This document shows, piece by piece, positions 7,828 to 14,845 of a DNA stretch of 14,845 nucleotides. The stretch covers positions 1 through 14,845 of the forward strand of contig JBBDIZ010000030.1 in assembly GCA_040880145.1 (NCBI GenBank). The letters run 5' to 3'. How positions within the stretch are numbered: the stretch's first letter is position 1; each line of letters opens with the position of its first letter. Made by a program: the position numbers and the translations under genes. Below the pieces are notes generated by a model that saw only the letters and a list, made by a program, of their open reading frames with translations, was not told the DNA's origin and ran no database searches. The DNA is from Simkaniaceae bacterium (GTDB taxonomy: Bacteria; Chlamydiota; Chlamydiia; Chlamydiales; JAJFMI01).

Positions 7828-8492
7828 ATGACGCAAACTTTTTCTCTTATCGACATTCCCCTCTTTTTTTTCTGATTGGTTTGGAAGCGCTTTTATCTGC
7901 AGATAATACATTGGCTATTTCTTTAATCGCTCGAAAACTTCCTGAAGAAAAGAGAAAAAAAGCACTCTTTATCGGCCTCATTTTTGGTTTTGTTTTTAGA
8001 GCCATTGGATTAATTTTAATGCTCTATCTCATTCGAATTTATTTTCTTCAGCTCTTAGGGGGACTCTATTTGGTTTATCTAGCTACCACGCATTTTTTAC
8101 CCAAAAAAGAGCAAGGACCTAAGGCTCAGCCCTCTTTTTGGCGCGCCTGTTTTATGATTGAGCTTACCGATCTTCTTTTTGCTTTAGATTCAATACTCGC
8201 AGCGGTTGCTTTAGTGAAAACCTATGAAGGAAATCCAGAATCCAAGCTGTGGCTGATCTACTTAGCCGCTTTTTCAGGGATGATTCTTCTTCGCTACGCT
8301 GCTTTTTATGTTCAAAAAGCACTGGATAAATTTCCAAACCTAGAACTTTGCACCCATTTAATCATTGGCGTTATTGGTTTAAAACTCATTTTAGAGCCCC
8401 TTCTCTACTTCCCCATTGGGTGGATTTTCTGGGTCTTTGTCCTCTCCCTCCTTGTTTTTGGTTTTTTCAAAAGACCTGTTCGTTTAAAATAA
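7828..8492 (+). pseudogene. TerC-family (YkoY/Alx-like) membrane protein, split by a 1-nt frameshift in a T8 tract (pseudogene, recoded gene or sequencing error)
   Basis: The 7881-8492 frame has TerC motifs LEALLSADN, IELTDLLFALDSILAAVA and FPNLE..IGVIGLKL but starts in the middle of TM1. ATG 7828 gives MTQTFSLIDIPLFFF then TGA at 7873. One extra T in 7864-7871 yields MTQTFSLIDIPLFFFLIGLEALLSADN. Confidence 0.8.
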
Positions 8493-8498
8493 ACGACT

Positions 8499-8960
8499 AT
8501 GGGACAGAAAAAAGATAACGATTTAGCGAAAAACCGCCGAGCCTACCATGACTATGAAATCATTGAAGATTTTGAAGCTGGAATTGTTTTAGTAGGGTGC
8601 GAGGTGAAATCTCTCCGCAATCATGGCGGAAGCTTAGTCGATGCTTACGTTACATTTAAAAAAAGCGAACCTTTTTTGATTAATGCCTCTATTGCGCCTT
8701 ATAGTCATGGAAATATTTATAACAAAGAAGAGCGTCGAGATCGAAAACTCCTACTGCATAAAAGAGAGAGCGTCAAGCTCAGGCGCGCGCTTCAAGAAAA
8801 GGGTCTCGCGATTGTTCCTTTATCGCTCTACCTTAAAAAAGGGCGAATCAAAGTCAAAATTGGTTTAGGCCGAGGCAAGAAACACTACGACAAGCGAGAA
8901 GCTCTCAAAACAAAAGAGGATAAAAGACGAATTGAGCGCGAAATAAAACGCGCGACTTGA
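8499..8960 (+). CDS. smpB: SsrA (tmRNA)-binding protein
   Basis: NRRAYHDY, FEAGIVLVGCEVKSLR, RKLLLHKRE and GRGKKHYDKRE; 153 aa. Confidence 0.98.
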   Translation: MGQKKDNDLAKNRRAYHDYEIIEDFEAGIVLVGCEVKSLRNHGGSLVDAYVTFKKSEPFLINASIAPYSHGNIYNKEERRDRKLLLHKRESVKLRRALQEKGLAIVPLSLYLKKGRIKVKIGLGRGKKHYDKREALKTKEDKRRIEREIKRAT

Positions 8961-8986
8961 CAGGCACCCCCTTTTTAGATTACGAT
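8957..8986 (+). promoter_or_regulatory. Putative promoter for dnaN-recF
   Basis: Perfect TTGACA (8957-8962, containing the smpB TGA stop), 18-nt spacer, TACGAT (8981-8986); GGAG RBS before ATG 9015. Confidence 0.55.
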
Positions 8987-9014
8987 TACAGCGATTTCAG
9001 TACTGGAGAATATC

Positions 9015-10112
9015 ATGAAGTTTCGTCTATCACGTTCAGAACTTGTGAAGCTTATTGGACGCGTGCACAATGTCGTTTCAGCAAAACCCGCCGTTCCCGT
9101 GCTCGCCAATATTCTCGTTGAAGCATTAGATGATCAAATTGTCATTTCTGCTACCGACTTAACCGTTAGCATGCGCGTATTTGTCGACGCTGCCGTCGAA
9201 GATGAAGGAGCAATTGCGCTTCCTGCAAGACGCTTTTTTCAACTCGTTCGTGAATTGACGGCAAGTGAAATCGATATCGAATGCGGCGCTGCTGAAATCG
9301 CCCATATTCATTCCGGTACAGCTCATTTTAAACTCAACGGCATGCATAAGAGCGAATACCCCGATCTTCCGAACATGGCAGAGAGCGCAACATTTTCGAT
9401 CGAAAGCCAGCACCTGAAGGAACTATTGATTAAAACCTCCTTTGCCTGCGCAAGAGATGATAGCCGCCACGTTCTCAATGGCCTCTACCTTTCGCTAGAA
9501 AATGAAACGCTGACATTTATCGGAACCGATGGCAAGCGCTTAGCCAAAATCCATACCGATTTAAGTGAATCTCTAGGATTAACGCGCAAAATGATCATTC
9601 CTCTTAAGGGCATCGAAGAAATGGTCAAAACTCTAGATGCTGATGAAACCGCCAAATTTTCAATTTTGCACGATCGAGTTGCGATCGAAGTGGGCCATTG
9701 CATGCTCATTACCAAACTGATTTCTGGGGAATATCCCGATGTTAACCGCGTGATTCCAAGCCGCGAGCAGATGAAAAACATTCCTTTAGAGCGCGAAGAA
9801 TTAATGACCCTCTTAAGACAAATTTCCCTCTTTACAAGTGAAGAGGTAAATTCCGTCCGCTTTTTATTCACAGATGGCGAGTTGCAGCTCTTTGCTTCTA
9901 GTGGAGAAATTGGCGAGGGCAAGGTCAATATGCCCGTCAATTATACAGGAGAGCGTCTGGAAATTGCCTTTAATCCACATATACTACTGAATATTTTAAA
10001 ACACCTCAGTGATGACACCTTCAATTTTGGCCTAATCGATTCCTATAATCCAGGGTTAATTACAGATAGCTCGAATGCTCTCTTTGTTGTGATGCCTATG
10101 CGATTAATGTAA
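9015..10112 (+). CDS. dnaN: DNA polymerase III beta subunit (sliding clamp)
   Basis: PVLANIL, ATDL, SRHVLNG, GTDGKRLA, GEYPDVNRVIP, IAFNP and VVMPMRL; 365 aa. Confidence 0.98.
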   Translation: MKFRLSRSELVKLIGRVHNVVSAKPAVPVLANILVEALDDQIVISATDLTVSMRVFVDAAVEDEGAIALPARRFFQLVRELTASEIDIECGAAEIAHIHSGTAHFKLNGMHKSEYPDLPNMAESATFSIESQHLKELLIKTSFACARDDSRHVLNGLYLSLENETLTFIGTDGKRLAKIHTDLSESLGLTRKMIIPLKGIEEMVKTLDADETAKFSILHDRVAIEVGHCMLITKLISGEYPDVNRVIPSREQMKNIPLEREELMTLLRQISLFTSEEVNSVRFLFTDGELQLFASSGEIGEGKVNMPVNYTGERLEIAFNPHILLNILKHLSDDTFNFGLIDSYNPGLITDSSNALFVVMPMRLM

Positions 10113-11131
10113 TGCACCTCCGCTTAAAAAATTTCCGTAATTACACCGACTTCAAGGTTGCCTTTGAAGAAGATATAAATTGGATAATTGGCCCCAATGC
10201 ATCTGGAAAAACGAACCTGCTTGAAGCAATTCATCTCATTAGTACCGGCCGCTCCTTCCGAACCCCCTACTTAAGAGAACTCATTCAGCATGGTGAAAAA
10301 GCATTTCTCATCGATTTAACCTTTGAAAAAGAAGGGCTCAAGCAGCAAATCCGCCTCTACTACGATGGAGAGCGAAAAAGCTTGCGCATCAATAATCAAG
10401 AATACACGCATTTCACTCCTCTTTTTGGCACACTTCCCTCCACCCTCTTCACACCATCCGATATCATGCTTATTGAAGGAGGACCCAAATATCGACGCCG
10501 CTACCTCAATGTCCTTCTCGCCCAAAGCGATCCACTCTATATTCAACATCTCCTTCGCTATACGCGCGCTCTTAAACAGCGCAATCAGCTTTTAAAGCAA
10601 GGCGCTCTGACCTCAATTGGGGTGTGGGAGCATGAGATGATCCGTTCTGCTAACTACCTGATGGGTGAACGTCAACGCATTTTGTCCATCATCGCAGAAA
10701 AGGCAGCGCCCCTCCTTAAGCAATTAACGCCTGTCAGGGAAGAGCTTTCACTAAAGTACCAGCCTTCTCTTTTAGAAAATGACCCTCAATTCTTTCAAAA
10801 AACAAGAGCTAAAGAGCTTAAGGCAGGCCTCACCCTTTATGGGCCTCACCTTGATGAGTTGAGTATCGAAATCAACGGAAAGTCTGCAAAATCATTCGGA
10901 AGCGAAGGTCAGAAGCGCTCTTCTGTCGCTGCCTTAAAGATTGCCGAGTACCAAATCATGAAAGAGAAAATGGGAACAGTCCTCTTTGGACTTGATGATT
11001 TTGGGGCCCAACTTGATAAAGAGCGGATCTCCTCCTTAAAAAATATTTTAATAAATCTCAAGCCCTCTATCGTAACAGCACCTACTGCACTTGAATCGCA
11101 AGAAAAAGCGCCTATTCTTCTATCTATTTAG
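10112..11131 (+). CDS. recF: DNA replication and repair protein RecF
   Basis: LKNFRNY, Walker A GPNASGKTNLLEAI, GRSFR, GGPKYRRRYLN, ALKQRNQLLK, GPHLDEL, GSEGQKRS, LDDFGAQLD; TAATG overlap with dnaN. Confidence 0.96.
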   Translation: MHLRLKNFRNYTDFKVAFEEDINWIIGPNASGKTNLLEAIHLISTGRSFRTPYLRELIQHGEKAFLIDLTFEKEGLKQQIRLYYDGERKSLRINNQEYTHFTPLFGTLPSTLFTPSDIMLIEGGPKYRRRYLNVLLAQSDPLYIQHLLRYTRALKQRNQLLKQGALTSIGVWEHEMIRSANYLMGERQRILSIIAEKAAPLLKQLTPVREELSLKYQPSLLENDPQFFQKTRAKELKAGLTLYGPHLDELSIEINGKSAKSFGSEGQKRSSVAALKIAEYQIMKEKMGTVLFGLDDFGAQLDKERISSLKNILINLKPSIVTAPTALESQEKAPILLSI

Positions 11132-11149
11132 TTAAAAACAATAACTAAA
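11127..11149. repeat. Perfect 8-bp inverted repeat TTTAGTTA-N7-TAACTAAA
   Basis: Read directly: 11127-11134 and 11142-11149; overlaps the recF stop codon. Confidence 0.6.
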
Positions 11150-11154
11150 ATTAA

Positions 11155-11191
11155 TGTTATAATTGTTTAATTGCATACATTGTGTTATAAT
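11155..11191 (+). promoter_or_regulatory. Tandem extended -10 promoters for the AT-rich orphan gene
   Basis: TGTTATAAT occurs at 11155-11163 and 11183-11191; the second has TTGTTT (11163-11168) at 17-nt spacing. The AT-rich context raises the chance of a coincidental match. Confidence 0.55.
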
Positions 11192-11227
11192 AATATGAAA
11201 TTAATATCAAAGACTTTGGAGTTTAAC

Positions 11228-12073
11228 ATGAGCATAACTAATAAATTGTCTGAGCAGGATTGTATCAATAAATATTTAATATCGGAATGCGAAAAAGAAT
11301 TAAATTATGACTTTAATAACATAGAAAAATTTGATGAAAGAGTTAATTACCAAACAGATAAGATAGAAAGAAAGCATTCACCATACAAGCTCTTCGCATT
11401 TCCTGAATCAATAAACTTCACCCAAGATGATAAGTGGTTGTTAAAGTGTGTGTCAATAATGTACGGGATAACAATACCCGTTGCCACAATAATAACCATT
11501 GCCTCAGTAATATTATCGACTTTTTTATTTATTTCATTTGGAGCGACAACTATTCATATTATTATTTTTATATTAACCCTACTTACGATTTCATTTATAG
11601 CGGCTTCACTTCTGTTGTTACCTTCGTTACCTTACACTATTTCAGATTTTATTTATAACAATTCATGTAAAGACATAAGCGAAGATTTAATTGATCACTT
11701 TAACTCAGAATTCACTCTTCCTGAATTACATAATGAATTTGAAAATCTTAAAAAAACCAATAAAATTGAACTTAATGGTGAAATAAAAATAGTAGTAAAC
11801 AAGCTCGATCATAATTTTCATAAAAAATACCGGATTTTTGTAACAACAAAAAATAGCGCAATTTTTAAGGTATTATCTAAAGAGACGTCTTATTTCCAAA
11901 GTAGAGTAAATAAAGTACGTAAAGAACTCTTTAAAAAGATAGACAATTCAAATCAGTATAATAAAGAAAAATTAAAGCTTGATGTAAGTTCGCATATTTC
12001 AAAATTAGAAAAAAACTTTAATGAAAAAATAGCAATACTATTCGAAGAAAAAAAGGAGCCGATTTCTAACTAA
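11228..12073 (+). CDS. AT-rich orphan membrane protein with a long bilobed hydrophobic domain (Inc-like candidate)
   Basis: Open frame 11171-12073; ATG 11228 has GGAG upstream. About 65 residues without D/E/K/R (CVSIMY...LPYTIS, ~11447-11644) are flanked by hydrophilic K/N/E-rich regions. Confidence 0.72.
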   Translation: MSITNKLSEQDCINKYLISECEKELNYDFNNIEKFDERVNYQTDKIERKHSPYKLFAFPESINFTQDDKWLLKCVSIMYGITIPVATIITIASVILSTFLFISFGATTIHIIIFILTLLTISFIAASLLLLPSLPYTISDFIYNNSCKDISEDLIDHFNSEFTLPELHNEFENLKKTNKIELNGEIKIVVNKLDHNFHKKYRIFVTTKNSAIFKVLSKETSYFQSRVNKVRKELFKKIDNSNQYNKEKLKLDVSSHISKLEKNFNEKIAILFEEKKEPISN

Positions 12074-13644
12074 AGAGAATCCAGTTCTTTTAAGTACTTT
12101 TGAGCGAGTAAAAACTCTTTTGCGTCATATTCTGTATTTTTGCGCTTTTGGTCAAAAATCCCAATGATCTTATTGGCTAGTTTTTTCCCAAGCTGTACGC
12201 CCTCTTGATCAAAAGAGTTGATGTTCAGAATAAAACCCTGAAAGGCTACTTTATTTTCATAATATGAAAGCAATGCTCCCATGGTATAGGGGTCGAGCTT
12301 TTGAGACATGATGATGTGGTTCGGGCGATTTCCCGGAAAAATGCGGTTGGGATTTTCACTTTTTTGACCTGTTGCAAGACCAATCGATTGGGCAAAGAGA
12401 TTCGATAGCAACTTCTCTTGGCTCGTGGTTCCTTCAATGATTGTATCAATGGAGTATTGACTCTCTTTAAACCCGATGAATTCTATAGGAACGATCGTTG
12501 TGCCTTGATGAATGAGCTGATAAAAAGAGTGCTGCCCATTTGTGCCGGGTTCACCCCATATAATCGGGCCGCTTTCGTAAGGAAGCGTCTCCCCTTCTTT
12601 GTTAATCCGTTTACCATTGGATTCCATGTCGAGCTGCTGAAGATGAGCCGGAAAGCGAATCATAGCTTGAGAATAAGGGATAATCGCAAGAGTAGGATGA
12701 TTTAAAAAGTTTCGGTTCCATATGCCAAGAAGAGCTCCAAATAAAGGAAGGTTCACTTTAGGATCTCGATTAAGAGATAATCGATCCATATTGGAGGCGC
12801 CTCGGAGAAAATCAAGAAATTTATCCATGCCAAGAGCAAAGGTAAGCATAACAGCTCCAACCATAGAGGTCGCCGAATAACGTCCACCAATGAAGTCCCA
12901 GATGTAAAAGGAAGCTTTGTAAAGCTCAGGGTCATCCATTGGACTTCCCTTCCCCGTCACCGCTATGAAGTGATCTTTTGGATCCAATCCAAGCTCTTTA
13001 TACTTTTTACGAAAAAAGGCTTCATTTGTTCGAGTTTCTAAAGTTGTTCCCGATTTTGAAACAACAACAACAAGAGTTTCATGCAGATTTAATTTCTTAA
13101 GCAAGCTCGCTGCATCATCCGGGTCGACATTAGAGACAAAATAAGCCTCGCGATTTTCCCTCTTATAAGTATTGAGCGCTAGATAAATGGCTCTTGGACC
13201 GAGATCAGATCCCCCAATACCAATTTGAACTAGGTTCTTATACTTGCCCATTTTGTCAATTTGAGATAAAAATTCTTTTAATTTTTCAAGTTCTGCGTAA
13301 GCCTCTTTCGTAACCTCTTCCATCATCGGCTTTTCTGAGAAAAAATCGCGGACAGCTGTATGGAGGACTTGCCTTTGCTCACTCTCAAAACCCTGGATTT
13401 GATTCATAATGCTTCCGCTTTGCATCGCTTCCATTTTAGAAAAGACGTCCGCCTGCCCAGCTAATTCAAAAAGAGCTGAAAGCGTTTTTTCATTGACGCG
13501 CTCTGTGGAGTAAAACATCTTGAGGTTCAGTGCCTCTATCTTCATCTCGTCAAAGCGCTTTAAAGACAGGGCACCCTCTTTTGACAAATCAATGGGGTCT
13601 TTCGCGAGCTCTTGCAATTTGGAGTAGGATGGGTACGTATTCAT
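12070..13644 (-). CDS. pgi: Glucose-6-phosphate isomerase
   Basis: VLHTAVR, IGIGGSDLGP, VSKSGTTLET, WDFIGGRYS, LQQLDMESNGK, GEPGTNGQHSFYQLIHQG and INSFDQEGVQLGK. Confidence 0.99.
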   Translation of the reverse strand: MNTYPSYSKLQELAKDPIDLSKEGALSLKRFDEMKIEALNLKMFYSTERVNEKTLSALFELAGQADVFSKMEAMQSGSIMNQIQGFESEQRQVLHTAVRDFFSEKPMMEEVTKEAYAELEKLKEFLSQIDKMGKYKNLVQIGIGGSDLGPRAIYLALNTYKRENREAYFVSNVDPDDAASLLKKLNLHETLVVVVSKSGTTLETRTNEAFFRKKYKELGLDPKDHFIAVTGKGSPMDDPELYKASFYIWDFIGGRYSATSMVGAVMLTFALGMDKFLDFLRGASNMDRLSLNRDPKVNLPLFGALLGIWNRNFLNHPTLAIIPYSQAMIRFPAHLQQLDMESNGKRINKEGETLPYESGPIIWGEPGTNGQHSFYQLIHQGTTIVPIEFIGFKESQYSIDTIIEGTTSQEKLLSNLFAQSIGLATGQKSENPNRIFPGNRPNHIIMSQKLDPYTMGALLSYYENKVAFQGFILNINSFDQEGVQLGKKLANKIIGIFDQKRKNTEYDAKEFLLAQKYLKELDSL

Positions 13645-13679
13645 ATTTTTCTCTTATGGCACATTTGATTTTTTTTGTC

Positions 13680-13709
13680 TTGATCCTAAACCTCATTATA
13701 GGTTAGGAT
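13680..13709 (+). promoter_or_regulatory. Putative tRNA-Pro promoter embedded in an imperfect inverted repeat
   Basis: TTGATC (13680-13685), 18-nt spacer, TAGGAT (13704-13709), 13 nt before the tRNA; ATCCTAAACCT..AGGTTAGGAT dyad at 13683-13709. Confidence 0.5.
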
Positions 13710-13722
13710 GTTGGCTTCATTT

Positions 13723-13797
13723 CGGGGTATAGCGCAGCTTGGCTAGCGCGACTGCTTTGGGAGCAGTAGGTCGGGGGTTCGAATCCCTCTACCCCGA
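13723..13797 (+). tRNA. tRNA-Pro(TGG)
   Basis: CGGGGTA TA GCGC AGCTTGGCTA GCGC G ACTGC TTTGGGA GCAGT AGGTC GGGGG TTCGAAT CCCTC TACCCCG A; anticodon TGG; no encoded CCA. Confidence 0.96.
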
Positions 13798-14679
13798 AAC
13801 TTTTCCGCCTGCAGCCTCAAAGGCTTTCAACTTTCTTTTACCAAGCACCGTCATCAGCTCATCTATTACGATAATCTCTTCCAACTCATCCCAGCTCTCA
13901 GCCAGCGCTGCTTCATCGATAAGGCGATAGGACTTATGTAGAGATTGAAGCGTGTCTTGAATGAGGGTGCTATCCACTCTCTCCGGAAGAACGAAACCGC
14001 ACTTAGACTCTGAAATTTTCACATCGACAAGAGGCCCTCTTCCGATAAATCCTCCTAAAGTTTTACCCGTTTGCCATCTAAGACCGAACTGAGGGAGTTG
14101 AGCCCCTTTAACAGCGGGAATGATATGGGGAAAGATTTCTTTGGAAAAAAGGTGGGCAGACTCAATTGGATCATTAATTCCTGTTGCATCAAATTGAGCG
14201 ATTACGGCGATATCGTCAGGAAAAGAGGCGCTTAATTGATGGAGATATTCAGAAAGAGCCGATAGGCAAAATCGACGGGGCGATTCATTCTTACAAGCTT
14301 CTTTTAACTGTTCATTCCAACGGAAGTTTTCAGTAAGATCGGCATCCCCCTCAAAAAGGATCACTCCAAAAGTTTTATCCTTAAACTTAGGATATAAGTT
14401 TTGAGTAAACGTCTCTATCGCAAGAGAGAGCGATCTAAAGGTTAATTCATCAGTTAAGGAAAAATTTAAACTATTAATCCCAAAGTCAAATTTCCAAACA
14501 ATTCCGGGTAAGGATTGCGCCAGCTCTTCCTCCTCAACCCATTTAAGATCATAGCTTAAGCCCGCATCGAGCGTAATGACCGCAGCATCATAGCCCTCTT
14601 CAAAAACATCCAAATTCTCAGCAATATAAGGGGTAAAAAGCCTCCCCTCTTTTAAAAAGCGAAAGTGATCAGCAATCAT
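13789..14679 (-). CDS. Hypothetical protein; C-terminus resembles a class I GATase-like / GH42 trimerisation-type domain
   Basis: 296 aa open frame with protein-like composition; ends YRLIDEAALAESWDELEEIIV...KLKAFEAAGGKV. Stop codon lies inside the tRNA-Pro gene. Confidence 0.75.
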   Translation of the reverse strand: MIADHFRFLKEGRLFTPYIAENLDVFEEGYDAAVITLDAGLSYDLKWVEEEELAQSLPGIVWKFDFGINSLNFSLTDELTFRSLSLAIETFTQNLYPKFKDKTFGVILFEGDADLTENFRWNEQLKEACKNESPRRFCLSALSEYLHQLSASFPDDIAVIAQFDATGINDPIESAHLFSKEIFPHIIPAVKGAQLPQFGLRWQTGKTLGGFIGRGPLVDVKISESKCGFVLPERVDSTLIQDTLQSLHKSYRLIDEAALAESWDELEEIIVIDELMTVLGKRKLKAFEAAGGKVSG

Positions 14680-14845
14680 TTTTAATAAATCTCATTTCAA
14701 AAGCGCTAGGGGTATTTTAAGTCTTTAGGTTTCATTGAGAAAGAGTATAACGAATCGCTTCCTTTTTGAATAGCTCAACAGGGCTGACTCCAGGGCACCA
14801 GACATTAAAATAATAATTTTATCCTCCTAGAAATGGGGTTAAACC

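Noticed and set aside
8499..9014. tmRNA (ssrA) adjacent to smpB
   Set aside because: Flanking intergenic spaces are 6 and 54 nt, and I saw no tRNA-Ala-like ends.
7726..10595. Short alternative-frame or antisense ORFs (7726-7911, 8683-8868, 9159-9413, 9485-9940, 10316-10549, 10323-10595)
   Set aside because: They lie within or across well-supported genes and have no independent coding signal.
11434..12935. Short ORFs 11434-11658, 12246-12449, 12418-12705 and 12753-12935
   Set aside because: Nested in the orphan gene or pgi; no supporting evidence.
13739..13930. 63-aa ORF on + strand
   Set aside because: Begins inside tRNA-Pro and is antisense to the 296-aa CDS.
14706..14735. Minus-strand mini-ORF MKPKDLKYP*, reminiscent from memory of the N-terminus of chlamydial TrmB
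   Set aside because: Only nine codons, with no methyltransferase sequence following that I could recognise; cannot be distinguished from chance without a TBLASTN against TrmB.
14680..14845. Possible ncRNA (SRP-like AGGAAGC) or 3' end of an upstream minus-strand CDS (GLTPFLGG*, 14819-14845)
   Set aside because: No convincing SRP helix or other fold, and the fragment is too short at the window edge to support a call.
1..14845. CRISPR array, prophage, integrase or defence operon
   Set aside because: No regularly spaced repeats, cas, integrase, phage or recognisable defence genes, and no duplicated tRNA 3' ends (att sites) were seen.

Overview
A mostly core-genome window from a low-GC bacterium that is very probably an environmental member of the phylum Chlamydiota. 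This is inferred from the leuS-waaA and smpB-dnaN-recF gene orders, the tRNAs without encoded CCA, and the character of the hypothetical proteins. In order it contains: the terminus of an IS200/IS605-superfamily element (1-54), a GT2 glycosyltransferase and a CE4 polysaccharide deacetylase, tRNA-Met and tRNA-fMet, waaA, leuS, a membrane-anchored protein-kinase-like hypothetical, a ~480 aa hypothetical, a TerC-family gene frameshifted at a T8 tract, smpB, dnaN, recF, a very AT-rich Inc-like orphan, pgi, tRNA-Pro(TGG) and a hypothetical overlapping that tRNA. I cannot show a complete novel system here. The best leads are the IS200/IS605 (possibly OMEGA RNA) end at the left edge, the atypical kinase, the slippery-site TerC gene, the Inc-like AT-rich gene and a possible LPS-core modification cluster. 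All family calls come from motif recognition by eye; no database searches were run.
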